From: an uncultured delta proteobacterium
GTDB lineage: Bacteria; Desulfobacterota; Syntrophia; Syntrophales; Smithellaceae
NCBI GenBank assembly: GCA_963753975.1
Contig: CAVWEH010000005.1
Location: 56,938 to 120,937, forward strand
Direction: 5' to 3'
Length of the DNA stretch: 64,000 nt
Shown here in pieces: positions 58,617-64,000 of this stretch (positions are counted from its first letter, which is position 1; each line of letters begins with the position of its first letter). The translations under genes were made by a program, and so were the position numbers. The notes under the pieces are model-generated. The model was given only the letters and a program-made list of their open reading frames with translations. It did not search any database and had not been told where the DNA came from.

Positions 58617-59789
58617 TTAAAAATCGACGCTTTTGCCTGCATAAGCGTAATTAAATATTTTGCCCAGGTCTTCTCCTCCGGGAACGCGGGTCACAGTCAT
58701 GGTCATGACCTCATTTAATGCTCTTTCTATGAGCGCCGGTATTTCTTTTTCATATCGGCCTTTATCCACACCGCACTCCTTAACTGAAAGCGGCTGCCCT
58801 ATTTCCTTAGCCAAGGCGCGCACTCTGGCAATAAGAGCCTTTACGCATTCCTTGTCGGAACCGGACGCCACACGGCAGTAGCGCGCTATCTCGGCATACT
58901 TGATTGTTGTTTCTTCGGAACCGTTCACCAGATATTCCATAGTATAGGGCAGAAAAAGTCCCACAGCGCGTCCGTGAGGAACATGGAAAATTGCTCCGAG
59001 AGCGTGCCCGGTGCTATGCCCTAAGCCGGCCATGGAATTGCCGAAAGACATACCACCCATTGTGGCGGCATTCATCATTTCCGTGCGGGCTTCGAGGTCA
59101 TTACCATTTTTATACGCTCGGGGCAAATAATCAAGAGCCAGCCTTGTGGCGATTAATCCCGGCCCGAGAGTCATACTGGTACCCCAGGCGGAGGTGTATC
59201 CCTCGATGGCATGGCAGATGACATCCATGCCGGTGTCCGCCGTAATTTGGGGAGGCATACCGGCAACCATAACGGGATCAAGTATAGCGACATCCGGCAT
59301 GCATTCGGTAGTGCCCAATCCCAGTTTACGGTTATCCTTTGTGTCGGTGAGCACGATGGCCCAGGTAGCTTCCGAGCCCGTTCCGCTGGTTGTAGGAATG
59401 GCCATCAACCGGGCTTTTTCCCGGAAATTGAACTCTTCGAGTACTGATAGGGCCTCCGGCTCCAGTTCCGGCCGTGCCAAAAGCAGGATAATTGCTTTAG
59501 CGGCATCAATGCAAGAACCGCCGCCTATACCGATTACCCAATCGGGCTGATATTTTCCCACCGCTATTCCGCCCTTTTTGATAGTTTCGAGCGACGGCTC
59601 CGGTTCCACTTCATCAAATATTTGCCATTTAATGTTTTTGGCATCGAATCGATCGGTAATCGGTTTTATCAATCCCAGCTTGACAATGTTCTTATCGGTG
59701 ACAAGGAAAGCTTTTTTACCCTTGATTTGCGCGAGATAATCGAGCGCGTTATCCCCATAGACAATCAAGGGACAGGCAAAATTCCACAT
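58617..59789 (-). CDS. iron-containing (group III) alcohol dehydrogenase
   Basis: It has GIGGGSCIDAAK and the His cluster GLGHSTGHALGAIFHVPHG. Confidence 0.85.
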   Translation of the reverse strand: MWNFACPLIVYGDNALDYLAQIKGKKAFLVTDKNIVKLGLIKPITDRFDAKNIKWQIFDEVEPEPSLETIKKGGIAVGKYQPDWVIGIGGGSCIDAAKAIILLLARPELEPEALSVLEEFNFREKARLMAIPTTSGTGSEATWAIVLTDTKDNRKLGLGTTECMPDVAILDPVMVAGMPPQITADTGMDVICHAIEGYTSAWGTSMTLGPGLIATRLALDYLPRAYKNGNDLEARTEMMNAATMGGMSFGNSMAGLGHSTGHALGAIFHVPHGRAVGLFLPYTMEYLVNGSEETTIKYAEIARYCRVASGSDKECVKALIARVRALAKEIGQPLSVKECGVDKGRYEKEIPALIERALNEVMTMTVTRVPGGEDLGKIFNYAYAGKSVDF

Positions 59790-59831
59790 ATATTAACCTC
59801 CATCTTTTTCTTGTTTTGGGTGGTTAAATCA

Positions 59832-60239
59832 TCAATCCAACCATTCGGTCGGAACCAGCATCGTGCAGTTGGTAAGCTCATTGGCGGCCTTGGTATAGCG
59901 CATAATTTTAGCCATGTCGCCCGTCAATTTGGATTGTTTAGTGATCAGCGCTTTTGTAGAATCAAGCTTCTTGGTGGCAATTTGCTTCCAAATATTATAC
60001 GGAGCCGAAATAGTGAATGCGGGTTTGTATTTCTTAGGGTCGGTAACAATTTCACAAACCCGGCATTTGCCATGATAAAGATCTACATATGTGTAAGCTG
60101 TCTCCTTAAGCGGGCCGCCCGCTTCCCCAATGAAGTAAAAATCACCCTCCCAGGTTTTGGCCGCCTCCTCATATGCCGCACTTTTATTGATTTCCGCCTT
60201 GTAAAGATCACACCATTCCTGAGTATTATACTTAGCCAT
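59832..60239 (-). CDS. SCP2 sterol-carrier-like domain protein
   Basis: It is 135 aa with ...ALITKQSKLTGDMAKIMRYTKAANEL. It is the first gene of the ADH-AOR unit. The RBS is AAGGAGG. Confidence 0.55.
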   Translation of the reverse strand: MAKYNTQEWCDLYKAEINKSAAYEEAAKTWEGDFYFIGEAGGPLKETAYTYVDLYHGKCRVCEIVTDPKKYKPAFTISAPYNIWKQIATKKLDSTKALITKQSKLTGDMAKIMRYTKAANELTNCTMLVPTEWLD

Positions 60240-60332
60240 AACGAAAACCTCCTTATTGTTTTTTTAGCGTTTTTTGTTAATCCGATAACTTAGTATTAAT
60301 TGTCTTCTAAACCTATATCCAAATAATGCGTA

Positions 60333-60361
60333 GTTATATGCCGGGTAAAAATAACTGTCAA
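60333..60361 (-). promoter_or_regulatory. sigma-70-type promoter of the SCP2-ADH-AOR unit
   Basis: On the minus strand, TTGACA (60361-60356), a 17-nt spacer and TATAAC (60338-60333). Confidence 0.5.
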
Positions 60362-60524
60362 CCATTTATAATGTTTCACTGGAAAATACCGTTTTACATT
60401 AAACCATAACCGCAGAAAACTACTTTACGAGCTTCAGATCAGAAACAAAATATCGGAATGCAATCAGTTTTCGGCTTTTCTAGTGAGGAGCACGGCTAAT
60501 TTAGGAAATTTCATTCTTTAGGAT

Positions 60525-62306
60525 TTACGTAAGCCTTGACTGAAGAGCTTCGAATTGTTTTTTCAGCCTTGCCGGAAGACGATCCCCAAACTGGACAAAG
60601 TGCTTTTCGATATCCGGAATCTCCGCCCTCCAGGCATCCACATCGACTTTGAGCAAAGCTTTCATATCTTGTTCAGAGATGGAAAGTCCCTTCATATCAA
60701 GGTCAGCAATCGCAGGCAGCAGACCAATGGGGGTTTTGACCGCGTCGACTTTCCCTTCTACTCGTTCGCACATCCATTTCAACACCCGGCTGTTTTCCCC
60801 AAATCCGGGCCAGAGCCATCGGCCTTCAGAAGTTTTACGGAACCAGTTTACATAAAAAATCCGGGGTGCCTTACTTTTAAGTTTGTCACCCATATCCAGC
60901 CAATGCTGAAAATAATCAGCCATATTGTATCCACAGAAAGGCTGCATGGCAAAGGGATCACGCCTTAAATTCCCCACCGCGCCAATATTGGCGGCTGTTG
61001 TTTCCGATGAAGCGGTGGCGCCGAGAAAAACACCGTGGTCAAAACTATAGGCCTCGTTGACCAGAGGAACAACACCCGCCCGACGTCCGCCAAACAGGAA
61101 TATATCAATAGGAACACCTTCAGGTTTTTCCCAATCTTTGCAAATGATAGGACACTGAGAAGCAGGAGCCGTGAAGCGGGCGTTTGGATGCGCTGCTGCT
61201 TCCTCAATATCCGGAGACCAATCACGCCCTTTCCAGTCAATGGCATGCCGGGGAGGCGCGCCGTCCATGCCTTCCCACCAAATATCGCCATCATCAGTAA
61301 GAGCGCAGTTCGTAAAAATAATATTCTCTTTTAACGTATCCATAGCCATAGGATTAGATTTATACGATGTACCCGGCGCCACACCAAAAAATCCGGCTTC
61401 GGGATTGATTGCGTATAAACGGCCGTCAGGGCCGATCTTCATCCAGGAAATATCGTCGCCGATACATTCGCATTTCCAGCCGGGAATTGTCGGCCTCAAC
61501 ATGGCCAGGTTGGTCTTGCCGCACGCTGAAGGAAAGGCTCCCGCGATGTGATACTGTCTCCCTTCCGGGCTGGTAAGCCGGAGAATAAGCATATGCTCCG
61601 CCATCCAGCCTTCTCTTTTGGCCATAGCCGAAGCAATGCGCAGGGCCAGGCATTTCTTGCCGAGGAGAGCATTGCCGCCGTAACCCGAACCGTAAGACCA
61701 GATAAGATTTTCATCCGGAAAATGGCTTATATATTTTTTCTCCATTGGCGCACAAGGCCAGCTAACATCTTTCTGTCCCTTATTTAGCGGCGCACCTATC
61801 GAATGCAGGCAGGGAATGAATTCGCCGTCTTTTCCCAGTTTATCGAGAACTTTAGTTCCTACGCGGGTCATTATGTGCATATTACAGACAACATAAGGGC
61901 TATCTGTAATTTCTATGCCGATTTTGGCTATAGGTGATTTAATCGGTCCCATGGAAAAAGGAATCACGTACATGGTGCGACCCTTCATACATCCTTTATA
62001 GAGAGCCTTCATCGTGGCCTTTAATTCAGTAGGATCTATCCAATTATTAGTGGGGCCTGCTTCCATCTTTTGCGGCGTACTGATATAGGTTCGTGCCTCC
62101 ACTCTAGCCACGTCCGAGGGGTCCGAACGGAACAAAAAACTGTTTTTTCGTTTTTTAAGAGGGATAGTACTGCCGCTTTTGACCATTATCGACATAAGCC
62201 GGTCATATTCCGCTCGAGAGCCGTCGCACCAATGCACTGTATCCGGCAGACACATTTCCGACACTTCTTTAATCCACTTTTTCAGTTCTTCATTTTTTAC
62301 AACCAT
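60525..62306 (-). CDS. pckG: phosphoenolpyruvate carboxykinase (GTP)
   Basis: It is 593 aa with [15 protein letters not shown] and WMKIGPDG. Confidence 0.95.
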   Translation of the reverse strand: MVVKNEELKKWIKEVSEMCLPDTVHWCDGSRAEYDRLMSIMVKSGSTIPLKKRKNSFLFRSDPSDVARVEARTYISTPQKMEAGPTNNWIDPTELKATMKALYKGCMKGRTMYVIPFSMGPIKSPIAKIGIEITDSPYVVCNMHIMTRVGTKVLDKLGKDGEFIPCLHSIGAPLNKGQKDVSWPCAPMEKKYISHFPDENLIWSYGSGYGGNALLGKKCLALRIASAMAKREGWMAEHMLILRLTSPEGRQYHIAGAFPSACGKTNLAMLRPTIPGWKCECIGDDISWMKIGPDGRLYAINPEAGFFGVAPGTSYKSNPMAMDTLKENIIFTNCALTDDGDIWWEGMDGAPPRHAIDWKGRDWSPDIEEAAAHPNARFTAPASQCPIICKDWEKPEGVPIDIFLFGGRRAGVVPLVNEAYSFDHGVFLGATASSETTAANIGAVGNLRRDPFAMQPFCGYNMADYFQHWLDMGDKLKSKAPRIFYVNWFRKTSEGRWLWPGFGENSRVLKWMCERVEGKVDAVKTPIGLLPAIADLDMKGLSISEQDMKALLKVDVDAWRAEIPDIEKHFVQFGDRLPARLKKQFEALQSRLT

Positions 62307-62379
62307 ATCCGTATAATCCCCTCATTCATAAAATTAATCCCGGCAATATATCGGGATAATAGTTCCCGATGTCGTGTAA

Positions 62380-64000
62380 CTATTTACGTTTCTTTTCTAA
62401 TTTCTTCTTCTCCTCAATCACAGCCTGCGCGGCCGCCAGTCTTGCTATCGGTACTCGGTAGGGCGAACAACTCACGTAGTCCATGCCCACCCGGTGGCAA
62501 AACATAACGCTTATCGGCTCGCCGCCGTGCTCGCCGCAGATGCCGACTTTCAACCCCGGACGTGCCTTACGACCGCGTTCGATACCAAACTCCACGAGTT
62601 GACCCACGCCATCCTGATCGAGAACCTGAAATGGATCTACCGGAATAATCTTTTTTTCCACGTATTCGGGCACAAAGGCTCCGACATCGTCACGACTGAA
62701 ACCGTAGGTCATCTGCGTCAGATCGTTGGTACCGTAACTGAAAAACTCAGCTTCTTCCGCTATGTCATAGGCAAGCAGCGCCGCGCGCGGAATCTCGATC
62801 ATGGTGCCTACCAAGTGCGGTATTTTCTTGAGACCGTACTTGCCGCACACTTCGGGAAGAATATTCTTAACCAGAGTTGCCTGATTTTTGAACTCGGCTA
62901 CGTCGCAAACTACCGGAATCATGATTTCGGGCAGTGCTTTTTTGCCTTCCTTCAGAAGTTCCGCCGCACTTTCCAGAATAGCGCGGATTTGCATCTCACT
63001 AACTTCAGGATAAGTAATGCCGAGGCGCACACCGCGATGCCCCATCATCGGATTTGTTTCATGCAAATTTTCCGCCCGGCTGTTGAGTTTCTCAATAGAG
63101 ATATGCAAGCTTTCGGCGAGGCGCTGACGCTCTTCGGGATTTCCCGGTACGAACTCATGCAATGGCGGATCCAAAAGGCGAATGGTCACCGGCCGGCCGG
63201 CCATCACCTCCATGGTCTTCTTGATGTCGTTCTTGACAAAAGGAAACAGATCCTTTAATGCCGCCCGGCGTTCTTCAATGGTATCCGATAGAATCATTCT
63301 GCGCAGATGAAATAACGGCTGTTCGCTATTCTCTCCATAGAACATGTGTTCGGTGCGGAACAGGCCGATGCCCTCGGCACCGAATTGTATGGCTCTGGCG
63401 GCATCCTTTGGGGTATCAGCATTTGTGCGGATTTTGAGGCGGCGAATCTGATCGCAAATTTTCATAAAGGCGACAAAATTTTTATCATCCTTTGTACCGC
63501 TGATCATAGCTAAGGCACCTTTGTACACGCGGCCTTTGGTTCCATTGAGAGTAATTATCTCACCCTCCCGCACTATTTTTCCGTCAACCATCATTGTCTT
63601 CTGGTGCGGATCAATGCACAGAGCTCCAGCGCCGACTATACAGCACTTACCCCATCCCCGAGCCACCAGAGCTGCATGTGAGGTCATGCCGCCGCGCGCA
63701 GTGAGAATACCTTGCGCCGCGCGCATGCCTTCGACATCTTCAGGGTTAGTGTCCTCACGCACAAGAATAACTTTCTTACCAGCTTTGGCCCAGCCCACCG
63801 CATCTGCCGCCGTAAATACGGCCTGACCCACGGCCCCGCCGGGACTGGCAGGCAGGCCTTTGGCCAGAAATTCTCCCTTCATTTCCGCCTCCGGGTCAAC
63901 CATGGGGTGGAGCAGTTCATCAAGCTGGGATGGAGTTACACGCATCACCGCATCGCTGGCGCTGATCATCTTACTTTTAAACATTTCGCCGGCCATGCGC
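62380..64000 (-). CDS. ppdK: pyruvate, phosphate dikinase (C-terminal ~540 aa; 5' end beyond the window)
   Basis: It has the phospho-His motif GGMTSHAALVARG and PEP-utilising TIM-barrel motifs (GTNDLTQ, CGEHGG). The frame runs off the window edge. Confidence 0.95.
   Translation of the reverse strand, partial: RMAGEMFKSKMISASDAVMRVTPSQLDELLHPMVDPEAEMKGEFLAKGLPASPGGAVGQAVFTAADAVGWAKAGKKVILVREDTNPEDVEGMRAAQGILTARGGMTSHAALVARGWGKCCIVGAGALCIDPHQKTMMVDGKIVREGEIITLNGTKGRVYKGALAMISGTKDDKNFVAFMKICDQIRRLKIRTNADTPKDAARAIQFGAEGIGLFRTEHMFYGENSEQPLFHLRRMILSDTIEERRAALKDLFPFVKNDIKKTMEVMAGRPVTIRLLDPPLHEFVPGNPEERQRLAESLHISIEKLNSRAENLHETNPMMGHRGVRLGITYPEVSEMQIRAILESAAELLKEGKKALPEIMIPVVCDVAEFKNQATLVKNILPEVCGKYGLKKIPHLVGTMIEIPRAALLAYDIAEEAEFFSYGTNDLTQMTYGFSRDDVGAFVPEYVEKKIIPVDPFQVLDQDGVGQLVEFGIERGRKARPGLKVGICGEHGGEPISVMFCHRVGMDYVSCSPYRVPIARLAAAQAVIEEKKKLEKKRK

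Overview
The window looks like a chromosomal segment from an anaerobic, Desulfobacterota-like bacterium. That taxon guess is an inference from gene content and is low confidence. Most of it is housekeeping or catabolic. It holds a complete trpEGDCFBA operon and a separate trpB2. It also holds the gmhA-grpE-dnaK operon, rarA, surE and a cdaA-ybbR fusion. There is a sigma-54 two-component pair, GTP-PEPCK and a partial PPDK. Two tungsten-type aldehyde:ferredoxin oxidoreductase (AOR) loci each sit next to a MoaD-like GG-tail protein. A beta-oxidation/acyl-CoA cluster is also present.

The non-routine content is as follows.
1. Two visibly AT-rich single-gene islands encode TIR-like proteins. One is a 253-aa standalone TIR-like protein at 673-1434. 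The other is a 798-aa protein at 39779-42175 with tandem TIR/NDT-like domains fused to a P-loop NTPase. The second is my best candidate for an undescribed defence or conflict module.
2. Two Trp-codon leader peptides (WWWW upstream of trpE, WWW upstream of trpB2) carry terminator hairpins. The trpB2 leader shows a legible six-segment alternating-pairing relay.
3. A good -24/-12 sigma-54 promoter, with two upstream TCGACA inverted repeats, points into a gene-free, hairpin-rich stretch of about 125 nt beside the NtrC-type two-component system. This is a candidate sRNA.
4. A modular, hairpin-rich intergenic repeat family occurs at six or more loci, with compensatory stem changes between copies. 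Copies lie inside and around trp transcription units.
5. A second family of conserved elements follows consecutive co-oriented genes of mixed base composition at 1-9 kb, giving a cassette-like layout.
6. Two genes are interrupted by frameshifts, and a duplicated gene 3' end flanks a small usp segment.

All alignments, motif calls and pairings were made by eye. No database search or folding program was run.
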